Origin: Laetmonice hystrix
Taxonomy: Eukaryota
Reading direction: 5' to 3'
DNA length: 64,000 bases
Assembly (NCBI GenBank): GCA_965235115.1
Contig: OZ249436.1
Span: 35,838,001-35,902,000, forward strand
The notes beneath the pieces are model-generated. The model saw nothing but the letters and a program-made list of their open reading frames with translations. It did no database searches and was not told the origin of the DNA. Position 1 is the stretch's first letter, and each line of letters opens with the position of its first letter. Position numbers and translations under genes: made by a program. This document shows positions 15,000-26,864 of this stretch, piece after piece.

Positions 15000-15375
15000 C
15001 ACAGAATTTGAAGGGCCGTGATCGCCACCATGCACCATTGTATATGCCACCACAACCGGTATTGGTACAACCATTGAAGGGCCAGGACTACCACCATCCC
15101 GATCTAGATAACACAACATACCGTAATGTTACAACCAATTGAAGGGCAATGATAATGACCACCATCCCTGTTAAACCCACGACAACCCGTAATGTGGCAG
15201 CCATTTTAGGGTCATGACCACCACCATCCCCCCAACAACTCATAATGCCACAACCCGTAAAGGGCAATGAAGCCACCACCGTGCAACCCGCAATGCCACA
15301 ACCGTTGAAAGACCATTATTATAGCGGTACCCGAATACCACAACAAACCATAATGCCGTTACCAATTAAAGGCCG
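15000..15375. repeat. Degenerate minisatellite (ccacaacc..gaagggc..ccaccatc units)
   Basis: Recurrent cacaacc(c)gt, (t)gaagggc and ccaccatc motifs at roughly 50-70 bp spacing. Confidence 0.55.
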
Positions 15376-16201
15376 ATAATCATAGGCCAGTGAGCCCTCG
15401 TTTAGCCGAAGGAACATTTTGATGTTGTTAGTGTCTGGTCTGAGCAGATGGAGGTTTAGTCCCGGGATGGGTGTTGTGCCCCGCAAGGGTTGACCCCAGA
15501 GAAGGGTCAAGTAAGGTGATGTCCAATTTGTTTCTGGCGTGTTTCACATTCCTAATATCCCTTTAATATTACATGTATATAAGATTAAAGATTCTAAGGA
15601 AGCATTACGAGCAGTTGCACTCTGTATTTACCATTATTCAAGGCATTCTTTGGCCGTGGGAATGACAAAATGGAAGGAAAGGAGCTGCAAATCTTGATAA
15701 TATCAAGCAGATCGGCCAAAGGCACATGAGCCCGACAGAAACCAGGGGGAGCTGGCCTTAGAGCTGACTAAAACAGATCTTCTGGTCGTCTGTCATTTAG
15801 ACTACCTGAAGCATTGCTGGGCAGCAAAAGCAGGAAAACTCTTCAGTGCTCATACATTACAAAGGAGCAGGGCAATGGCAAGTAGGAGACAGCCGAGGTT
15901 TGGTGAGGGGTGGGGGGCAGTGATTGAACGAAGCCACAGTTTGCGACCGTCTGAGCGGGCTGTGGGTGCCGCCACCTTCCCCATGTATCAGGGAACCGAC
16001 ACAGGAGTAAGGCAGTGGGTGGGGCAGGCCAGACTCGAGTCAAAGGTCAGTGGATGCCGTGTAGAGCCAGGTGAACTGATATGATTCAGTGATAGATGGT
16101 CGGCACTAATGTGGAAGGTTAACGAAGGATGCGGCTTGGGTCGAAGCGGTTTTTTTTCTAGGGGGACACCAGTCCTGCTTCAACTTCCTGTAACATTTAG
16201 A

Positions 16202-19200
16202 TGTATTTTTCTTTTGAAATGCACGGGCATCAGGGGTAACCCAATTACTTTGACAATGTCCCTAAAGAGAAAAGTTGTATAGTCCTCTACAGGAATCGAA
16301 CCCAGGCCCTAAGATTACTGCACCCATTCGCATAGCATAAGGTGTCGACATCCATGCCCACTAGGCCACCGCCACTCCCCTAAAAAAAGGAGCTTTGGTG
16401 GTCGAGCAGGACAATGGACCCTCCCCCCTACACACATCTTTTTTAAATGAGACGGAATCCATATTTTCCTAGTTAGAGCTACACATGATTTCTACCGAAC
16501 ATTGACTGTTAAGGTAATCCTGGCACTGGCGTAGACTGTATTTTTCTTTTGAAATGCACGGGCATCAGGGGTAACCCAATTACTTTGACAATGTCCCTAA
16601 AGAGAAAAGTTGTATAGTCCTCTACAGGAATCGAACCCAGGCCCTAAGATTACTGCACCCATTCGCATAGCATAAGGTGTCGACATCCATGCCCACTAGG
16701 CCACCGCCACTCCCCTAAAAAAAGGAGCTTTGGTGGTCGAGCAGGACAATGGACCCTCCCCCCTACACACATCTTTTTTAAATGAGACGGAATCCATATT
16801 TTCCTAGTTAGAGCTACACATGATTTCTACCGAACATTGACTGTTAAGGTAATCCTGGCACTGGCGTAGACTGTATTTTTCTTTTGAAATGCACGGGCAT
16901 CAGGGGTAACCCAATTACTTTGACAATGTCCCTAAAGAGAAAAGTTGTATAGTCCTCTACAGGAATCGAACCCAGGCCCTAAGATTACTGCACCCATTCG
17001 CATAGCATAAGGTGTCGACATCCATGCCCACTAGGCCACCGCCACTCCCCTAAAAAAAGGAGCTTTGGTGGTCGAGCAGGACAATGGACCCTCCCCCCTA
17101 CACACATCTTTTTTAAATGAGACGGAATCCATATTTTCCTAGTTAGAGCTACACATGATTTCTACCGAACATTGACTGTTAAGGTAATCCTGGCACTGGC
17201 GTAGACTGTATTTTTCTTTTGAAATGCACGGGCATCAGGGGTAACCCAATTACTTTGACAATGTCCCTAAAGAGAAAAGTTGTATAGTCCTCTACAGGAA
17301 TCGAACCCAGGCCCTAAGATTACTGCACCCATTCGCATAGCATAAGGTGTCGACATCCATGCCCACTAGGCCACCGCCACTCCCCTAAAAAAAGGAGCTT
17401 TGGTGGTCGAGCAGGACAATGGACCCTCCCCCCTACACACATCTTTTTTAAATGAGACGGAATCCATATTTTCCTAGTTAGAGCTACACATGATTTCTAC
17501 CGAACATTGACTGTTAAGGTAATCCTGGCACTGGCGTAGACTGTATTTTTCTTTTGAAATGCACGGGCATCAGGGGTAACCCAATTACTTTGACAATGTC
17601 CCTAAAGAGAAAAGTTGTATAGTCCTCTACAGGAATCGAACCCAGGCCCTAAGATTACTGCACCCATTCGCATAGCATAAGGTGTCGACATCCATGCCCA
17701 CTAGGCCACCGCCACTCCCCTAAAAAAAGGAGCTTTGGTGGTCGAGCAGGACAATGGACCCTCCCCCCTACACACATCTTTTTTAAATGAGACGGAATCC
17801 ATATTTTCCTAGTTAGAGCTACACATGATTTCTACCGAACATTGACTGTTAAGGTAATCCTGGCACTGGCGTAGACTGTATTTTTCTTTTGAAATGCACG
17901 GGCATCAGGGGTAACCCAATTACTTTGACAATGTCCCTAAAGAGAAAAGTTGTATAGTCCTCTACAGGAATCGAACCCAGGCCCTAAGATTACTGCACCC
18001 ATTCGCATAGCATAAGGTGTCGACATCCATGCCCACGAGGCCACCGCCACTCCCCTAAAAAAAGGAGCTTTGGTGGTCGAGCAGGACAATGGACCCTCCC
18101 CCCTACACACATCTTTTTTAAATGAGACGGAATCCATATTTTCCTAGTTAGAGCTACACATGATTTCTACCGAACATTGACTGTTAAGGTAATCCTGGCA
18201 CTGGCGTAGACTGTATTTTTCTTTTGAAATGCACGGGCATCAGGGGTAACCCAATTACTTTGACAATGTCCCTAAAGAGAAAAGTTGTATAGTCCTCTAC
18301 AGGAATCGAACCCAGGCCCTAAGATTACTGCACCCATTCGCATAGCATAAGGTGTCGACATCCATGCCCACTAGGCCACCGCCACTCCCCTAAAAAAAGG
18401 AGCTTTGGTGGTCGAGCAGGACAATGGACCCTCCCCCCTACACACATCTTTTTTAAATGAGACGGAATCCATATTTTCCTAGTTAGAGCTACACATGATT
18501 TCTACCGAACATTGACTGTTAAGGTAATCCTGGCACTGGCGTAGACTGTATTTTTCTTTTGAAATGCACGGGCATCAGGGGTAACCCAATTACTTTGACA
18601 ATGTCCCTAAAGAGAAAAGTTGTATAGTCCTCTACAGGAATCGAACCCAGGCCCTAAGATTACTGCACCCATTCGCATAGCATAAGGTGTCGACATCCAT
18701 GCCCACTAGGCCACCGCCACTCCCCTAAAAAAAGGAGCTTTGGTGGTCGAGCAGGACAATGGACCCTCCCCCCTACACACATCTTTTTTAAATGAGACGG
18801 AATCCATATTTTCCTAGTTAGAGCTACACATGATTTCTACCGAACATTGACTGTTAAGGTAATCCTGGCACTGGCGTAGACTGTATTTTTCTTTTGAAAT
18901 GCACGGGCATCAGGGGTAACCCAATTACTTTGACAATGTCCCTAAAGAGAAAAGTTGTATAGTCCTCTACAGGAATCGAACCCAGGCCCTAAGATTACTG
19001 CACCCATTCGCATAGCATAAGGTGTCGACATCCATGCCCACTAGGCCACCGCCACTCCCCTAAAAAAAGGAGCTTTGGTGGTCGAGCAGGACAATGGACC
19101 CTCCCCCCTACACACATCTTTTTTAAATGAGACGGAATCCATATTTTCCTAGTTAGAGCTACACATGATTTCTACCGAACATTGACTGTTAAGGTAATCC

Positions 19201-20013
19201 TGGCACTGGCGTAGACTGTATTTTTCTTTTGAAATGCACGGGCATCAGGGGTAACCCAATTACTTTGACAATGTCCCTAAAGAGAAAAGTTGTATAGTCC
19301 TCTACAGGAATCGAACCCAGGCCCTAAGATTACTGCACCCATTCGCATAGCATAAGGTGTCGACATCCATGCCCACTAGGCCACCGCCACTCCCCTAAAA
19401 AAAGGAGCTTTGGTGGTCGAGCAGGACAATGGACCCTCCCCCCTACACACATCTTTTTTAAATGAGACGGAATCCATATTTTCCTAGTTAGAGCTACACA
19501 TGATTTCTACCGAACATTGACTGTTAAGGTAATCCTGGCACTGGCGTAGACTGTATTTTTCTTTTGAAATGCACGGGCATCAGGGGTAACCCAATTACTT
19601 TGACAATGTCCCTAAAGAGAAAAGTTGTATAGTCCTCTACAGGAATCGAACCCAGGCCCTAAGATTACTGCACCCATTCGCATAGCATAAGGTGTCGACA
19701 TCCATGCCCACTAGGCCACCGCCACTCCCCTAAAAAAAGGAGCTTTGGTGGTCGAGCAGGACAATGGACCCTCCCCCCTACACACATCTTTTTTAAATGA
19801 GACGGAATCCATATTTTCCTAGTTAGAGCTACACATGATTTCTACCGAACATTGACTGTTAAGGTAATCCTGGCACTGGCGTAGACTGTATTTTTCTTTT
19901 GAAATGCACGGGCATCAGGGGTAACCCAATTACTTTGACAATGTCCCTAAAGAGAAAAGTTGTATAGTCCTCTACAGGAATCGAACCCAGGCCCTAAGAT
20001 TACTGCACCCATT
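16202..20013 (-). repeat. Tandem array of a 335-bp unit (11 full copies + partial) carrying a tRNA-like Pol III promoter on the minus strand
   Basis: The landmark gaaatgcacggg recurs at 16216, 16551, 16886 ... 19901 (period 335). The minus strand of each unit has A box TGGCCTAGTGG (16358-16368), B box GGTTCGATTCC (16292-16302) and TTTT (16270-16273). I noticed only one variant base (18037). Confidence 0.97.
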
Positions 20014-21387
20014 TGCTTTCCTTGGACATGCAGAATAGAAAAATGAATATATTATTTAATAAAATAGCATTATGATGTCATAACCTGATTTCTATGAGTA
20101 CTCTATCTGCTGCAATACTAGTCAAGAGTGTCGACTGTATAATTTCACAGATTTCTTTAAAGCCTTTGTAGTTGTGTAACCCATGGACGATTTACGTTAA
20201 GTAAGACGTAATTGTGGTCAGATTCGGAGAATTGATTCAATTCTTCATAATGATTTGCTTGAGTTTGCGTGACACAGCGTATGAACCACCATCAGACCAT
20301 TTCAGGTCGGGTTTATAGGTCTTTACACGCTTTTCATTTTCTGACTCCTAATATTAACTAAACTATGGAAAACTGTGGGAAACATTGACTGGACCTTTGG
20401 GTATATTTCCTGGGCTGCAGGACCATTGTACTGTGAAGAGACTGATTGTGTTGTAAGGACAACTTAATACCAATACCAAGGGTGAGTTTCCATGGTTCGT
20501 ATAATATATAGCGTCAGTGTCCGCGCTGTGTTCAGCGAGAACAAGCCATGTTCTATATGTAGCAATATGACTCATCCTAGGTGTACACGTGGAACCTGCC
20601 ACATAGGCCTGATGATGAGAGAGAAAACCCAGGAATGTCTACCGTATTATCTCTGCTGCCTCAGGCTTTCTTTGAACCAGTGAGAATTTCCTAGCGTTGT
20701 CCCAAATGATATGCAGGTATGAATCATACGGTGGTGAATAACAGAATTACATGTCACAAAAGAACGTTGGTCGATTAATTGATATTTAATTATATTTATG
20801 GGTTTTTTTTTAGTCCTTCATTCAATCCTTGGGAAGATCACCAGGTGGACTCATATCGTACCGAGATGAGCGTTAGATTAGGAGGTCCTTGATCTCTCCT
20901 CAGTGGTAGATTATGTGGTCCTGTATCCGGCCGGTCGAGGTTTCGCCTGAAATGGGACAATGGTTGGAGATGTTCGAAATTGGACAAACGACGATGAAAT
21001 AAAAGCATTGTTTCAAACAGTGTTTGAAAAGGAATTACGGTACCTTTTATGCTGGAATACTTTGTTTGAGGCAGGCCAACATGTACCATATTATTTATCA
21101 TTAAGTACCATTCACAAGCCACTATGGTTGTATCTTGTCTTAGTAGCTAAAACGAAGTTGTAAAATGGGATTCGTGTTGGCCACAATAGTAACTCGACAT
21201 AACAGGAGTATGACTCATTGTGCATGGTTTCTGGGTTCGTGGACATTGAGAGTTAAAATAATGGACACTACACGTCTACAGAAACGTTTTTCTGAGTAAA
21301 AACACTTTGATATAATTATCATACATTTGCATACAAAAGTTCTGTTTTAAAGGCAATATTGATTTCGTTAAACACGAAACTCAAAGT

Positions 21388-21948
21388 AACGTAACATGAG
21401 ACGAGGTCATATCTGTAGAATCACCTTGGAGAATCAGTTATCCTGTTTACGTTATAATTGATGAAAAAGTACGTTATAATTGATGATTAAGAAGTACGTT
21501 ATAATTGATGATGGAGAAGGGTTCACGTAACATGAGCCGAGGTCAGACCTGGAGAATCACCTTGGAGAATCTTGTTTACGTTATACGTAACATGAGCCGA
21601 GGTCAGACGTGGAGAATCATTTTGGAGAATCGTGTTTACGTTATAATTGAGGATGAAGAAGGGTTCACGTAACATGAGCCGAGGTCAGACCTGGAGAATC
21701 ATCTTGGAGAATCTTGTTTACGTTATAATTGATAATGAAGAAGTACGTTATAATTGATGATGAAGAAGTACGTTCTAATTGATGATGAAGAAGTACGTTC
21801 TAATTGATAAATTGATAATGAAGAAGGGTTCACCTGACATGAGACGAGGTCAGATCTGGAGAATCACCTTGGAGAATCTTGTTTACGTTATACCGGTAAT
21901 TGATGATGATGAAGTAGGGTTCACTTACCATAAGACGAGGTCAGACCA
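21388..21948. repeat. Compound degenerate tandem repeat (~80-bp unit plus ~24-bp subunit)
   Basis: Repeated cgtaacatgagccgaggtcagacctggagaatcaccttggagaatcttgtttacgttata, interleaved with aagtacgttataattgatgatgaag. Confidence 0.9.
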
Positions 21949-23312
21949 CCTGAACTTTCATTAACCCACTTGGGAGTAAACTCGATCATACAGAATCCAC
22001 TTGATCTAGTTGGTGTAGTTTCCTGAAGCAGGCATGCCCGGAATTAGATTATGTGGCCGCATTGTTTCTGAATGAATTATCCAATCTAACCCCCAACTCT
22101 GATCCTAGGAATACAAATTTGGTAAAGCCCCCCCCCCCCCCCCCGACAAATCACACTGTAACTGATTTGATCATGTTGAGGAGGGATAAATATTTATTCA
22201 TAACTCCAAAAAGGGCTTACTTAAAGAGATTTATTGATTATTATTGGCATAATTTCATATGCAAGGACTGGGAATGTATCAGACTAAGAAAAAGGGTCAA
22301 ACTGAAGCTTTTGTTATAAATTCGTAACTCTATCCTACTAGTGCTGTTCCAAACCGAAATCCTAGGAGGACATGCAATGCGTCTACGTTTTTTATGCCGT
22401 GTTTTTAATTAGGTTTTAAAACAGGCCAACTTGACTTGATGCTGTAATTATCATGGTTTTCCTAATTAGATTTTATTGCTAAAAAAAGAAATAAAATTGT
22501 GAATCGACCGGAGGACAAAGGCCAGTCTGATTGTAGTAATCTACTTTATTCCAATTTGAATAAGCGTTGGTCACCCCCAATGTCCCACCCCTACCCGAGG
22601 CAAAACAGCGCGGTTGACAAAAACTAGCGGGGATCTATAGGTTTCAGCACAATGTGATTTTTTCAGCCCCCTTAGTGGGGAGGTAGCTACTTATTATGCC
22701 AACTGTTCGGGCGAAAAGTAACTTCACCGACTACTGAATCTCTAGGGAAATGTATACGGATTTCCGGATAGCAGTCTTCAGCCTTCCTCGGTAGGAATGA
22801 GTTTATGAAATATACCTAAGCACGTATGAATCTTATGTAAATTCATCATTATTTCCCATTGTTTTAATATATTATTCATGGCGTAAGATAATAGTGGTCA
22901 CGTAACGCTCATGAGAGTGTGACATACCCATAAATATTGCTGACTAGAGATTAGACTACCCCGGCAGCCCGGAAAAGTTAATTATGCTGATTACTATGAA
23001 TATGCCCGAGGTAACAGAAGGTGCCAGTCTTTTTCATGGCCTGCTGTATGGCCAAGTATAGCAGGAATTATACCGACATAACGTTACATCATTAGTGTTC
23101 GCGACAGCTGCTGGCCGGAGCTATCTAACTGGCAGATTCATTTAGAAGTAATGAGGCTAACCAGCTGGCGCCAAGCCTCTGCGTCTTGTGCCAATGGCAG
23201 TAATATGTGCCTAGTGTTGTATGTGGGGTACTTTAGTACAAGTGTATATCAGAACAAATAATGTACATGTATGTCTATCAAAGACGGATTTTTTTTTAAA
23301 CGTATACCTTAA

Positions 23313-23859
23313 AGGGAGGGAAACCCCACACGGCAAATAAGGTTTCGTAGACCAAATGAAACACCAGCATTTACCTCAGGGCAATAAATGCCACAATTAT
23401 GTTGTCGGACGTTTTCAAACGCTGGGACTCCAAACATCGTGTAGACAAGGTCTGTGAGCAGAGTTAGGGCCGGCCATCGCCCGACCATCGCTCGACGTCA
23501 GGTCAAAGTTCAGGCACGTCAGGTCAAAGTTCAGATCAAAGTTCACGCAGACTTAACTCTCAGCGATCGGTCGGCCGATGGCCGGATCGCTGAACTATAA
23601 ACGTCGAGCGATGGTCGGCCGACAGACTATAAACCGGCCTTTACACGTAATGTTACGCAATATGCCGTGGTGTGCAGCATTTGGCTCTGATGAACACACA
23701 AGCAGGTCAAGGTAAGAACCAGCGGCGTCACATATCGGGCGGTTACACGTTAATTACTTCATTCAGACAACGTAATTGTGGCATTTATTGCCCTGAGGTA
23801 AGTGCTGGTGTTTCATTTGGTCTACGAAACCTTATTTGCCGTGGGTGTTGTCCCTCCCT
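23313..23859. mobile_element. MITE with ~95-bp TIRs, Kolobok-like, 547 bp
   Basis: TTAA TSD (23309-23312, 23860-23863). The left arm agggaggg..cacggcaaataaggtttcgtagaccaaatgaaacaccagcatttacctcagggcaataaatgccacaatta is mirrored almost perfectly at ~23765-23859. Confidence 0.93.
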
Positions 23860-24249
23860 TTAATATTGCCCGACATTCTGTGGGCTCTTGACAAAACAAC
23901 CGTTTATAAGGAAAGGTTCATTAGTTTGATATCTGACATATGTTTAATATATTTATTCAAGCTAGTACTCGAATTCTTTCAAGATGGAAGCACTAAATTT
24001 AGTGATGTCTTATGATGAGTTGGAATCCCTTTGGGCCTAATTCACTACTACTCATTCATATAGGCCTACCGGTACTAAAGGCCCGAACTCTGCGCAGCCT
24101 TCTGTCTCCAAATATGTCACAAAAACACTCAATTTCTATTTCCTTTATTGGTAACTATGAAAGATGTCTGGCGATAAAAATGAGAATAATACAATATAAG
24201 TGTGGGTAGTTTAGTTGGCTGTCGGAAGCCTGCCCCAGTGGCGTGTTAT

Positions 24250-25500
24250 AATAAATACTACCTGCATACAGGAGAGTAATTCATTGACAGCAGGTGAAGA
24301 TGACAGCTAGATTATATGCTGTCCATAACACCATTTTACTGTATGCCATCGTTCGGTTTTCTCGCGACTACAAGTCTATCCGTATTGTACCTGGCACGCC
24401 TAGATTCCAGGTGGAATTCTTGTTTTTTGTCTCTAAACTGCCTTCGAAACTGTCTGGTTTATGCACAGGAGAATCATATGGGCCACGTCTGCGCAGTGTG
24501 CCACAAATCATGGTAGTCTGGCATATAGGAACATCGACACGATAATAACTTCGGGGTAGGCTTTTAGCGAGGGCAGAGATGAAAGTCGCTGTTTCAGGCA
24601 CCATGATCCAGACGGAGGGGGTTGGGAGGGCAGGGACAAGGGGCATAGCACCTTGGATCATCAAACCGTACGATGGATGTCATAATTTTAGATGTCTTCT
24701 TACCATTTCTGAAAGAAGCAATTTCAAGTTTTTGGTTGCTCCTGTGAGGAAGTAAGATGAGGAGGTACCGCTATCGTAGGAGTGATGGGCGAGACGACCG
24801 GAATGGGCATATAGAATGAGCGTAAAGTTTGTAGACTAACAGGATTTCGTTGTTAGAGTAGTCGACCCCGTTTCTGATTCAAATTATCCGGCAAGCAACA
24901 ACTCAATTTACCTGAATGACTTGCCAAATATCGGAAGCACCCCACCACTGGATGGTTCCAGTCTCGGTGGTGAGGGTAGCAGAAAGCTGGTCCGGCTGCA
25001 GGCAGCCAGTCGGGCCAGATGCAGACCAGTTGCTGTGTGCATGCCCTGTGACTGTGACAGATGTAATGCACTCCACATGTAAATCGGACGGCCAGGCCCG
25101 CTCTGCCAGCGCCAACTCTGCCCCGACTGTTAGCATTTCCGCATTCTGCCGCGCTGAAGAGCCCCAGGGAGAACCCGACCAGAAGTAGGGTTCGAAGCCA
25201 CCTGAGACGGGCACCGGCCTTCAGGGAAGGTTTCCATGGAGGCAGTTGGCATGCAGTCCCAGGGAGGCCGAGCCTAACCCAGTTCTGGTAACTGGGGTTC
25301 AGTGGGAGAGGGTGGATAAGCCGTAATCTCATGGATCATCGCCGCTCCATACAGACTTTGGTCTCCTCAAGACAGCTTTTTGCCAGACTTGAAAGGGATA
25401 ATCAGCGATTGGCTATCCATGCATGGCCAGTCGTATGATGAAACAAGGTTGAATCAGAAACCACTTAGGGTCGTCATGAACGTTTATGTTGTGCATTTAC
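24250..25500 (-). mobile_element. Possible highly degenerate non-LTR retrotransposon remnant
   Basis: Minus-strand fragments DWPCMDSQSLIIPFKSGKK (~25375-25435, like the pre-RT WKxxxIxPIxKxGK motif) and C...C...DVAHMILLC (~24460-24525, CCHC-like, frameshifted). Weak, motif-level evidence only. Confidence 0.3.
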
Positions 25501-26864
25501 AAATGTATCAGCAGGACAAACAATCAGGAGTCATCCCCAACTATCGTCTATACGAATAAATAAGTACATGTACATGTATAAGTTATGCATGTCTATAGGG
25601 CAGTGTTGATGAGTGTGTTTGGAAAGCGTGGTTTCTGGGAGGGCGTAGTGGTGGTGAGGCTGGGCGGAGCTGCCACATTCCGGACCCTGCCAAACCCTGC
25701 CAATTCTTTCCATGGTCAATAAGGCTTCATGTGATTGGTCGCAGGTTTCGAAGGAGAACTCATTTTTCTATTAGACCTTTCATTTAAATTTTGTATTTCT
25801 TTCAAAAAGTTATTTTTTCATATAGTCATTCATGATATGTTCAGAATTTCTGTTTTACACGTCTACTAGATCTGCTGTTAAAAGGAAAGCGTTTGTATTG
25901 TTTATCTAGATGGGCACTAGATCCAGCAGCAAACTTTACAAAAGTATTTAATTATTGAAACTGTCAAATCTAGTTTTTCTCATAGTGAGTACGGAAGTGA
26001 GAACTGAGAACTAGTTCACCAGTTAACCAGTTACAATCAAAGTCAGGTGAGAACCTTGCATCTTTCTACTCCAATCACGATTCACCCAATAGAAAGGCGT
26101 GTAAATGGTGCTTTGTCCATAAACTGGAATCTGGTACCGGTAAAGGGACGTAATGAGGTAGAGTCTGGAGCACAGGAAGCAGCAGTCTGCTCGTTTCCCT
26201 CACCTGAAGCCCCCTCCCCACAGTAACCGGAGCCAAGCATATCTTCTCCACCATCCTATCATGGTCACTTACATACGGCTCAGTCACAATCAGGTGTCAT
26301 TTTAGGACTATGTAATGTTACAGCAACCTTTGCACACCTATACCAATAAATAGCCACAGTTTATGTTTATTATGCGAAGTGTCTTGTTAACACACATACA
26401 TCCATGCACCTTCTTTGGGTCGATGTTGAAGTTCATGTTTCTAAAAGTGGTTTTACATGTGGAAGAATGGCAGGTTTTAGTTGTTACGGGTTTGCACCTA
26501 TGAATTACGTAGTTTTGCATAACGTAAATGTCAGTTTAATGTTACAATTACACTAATGTAGATATGCATAATAAATTTGTTAACATTTTTTCTTTACATG
26601 CAGGTATTCTGGTTGAAATCTGACCTCTGTGAGGAAAGTACCAGAATGTTTTCAATAATGTGTTGTTCGTTACAAAATAGCGATATTTTTATTACAATGA
26701 CCAAAACCTTACCTGATATCTGTAATTTCCAACATAAATGCATACTAATGCCACTGGTTTAAACTTAATAATGTTTATTTGGAACTGGGATGGAGAAAAA
26801 AGTTTGGGTGTTATCATATATGAAAATAGGTATGAATCCTTTTGCATGCTGTTATTTCCAGAAA

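Noticed and set aside
16270..16380. A genuine (intron-containing) tRNA gene in each 335-bp unit
   Set aside because: A and B boxes are present, but I found no acceptor-stem complementarity, a weak T stem and no identifiable anticodon arm.
16202..20013. Hammerhead-ribozyme retrozyme (the unit size would fit) or CRISPR array
   Set aside because: No CTGANGA core on either strand (closest is ctgatgc), and there are no unique spacers. Non-canonical ribozymes are not excluded without an Infernal search.
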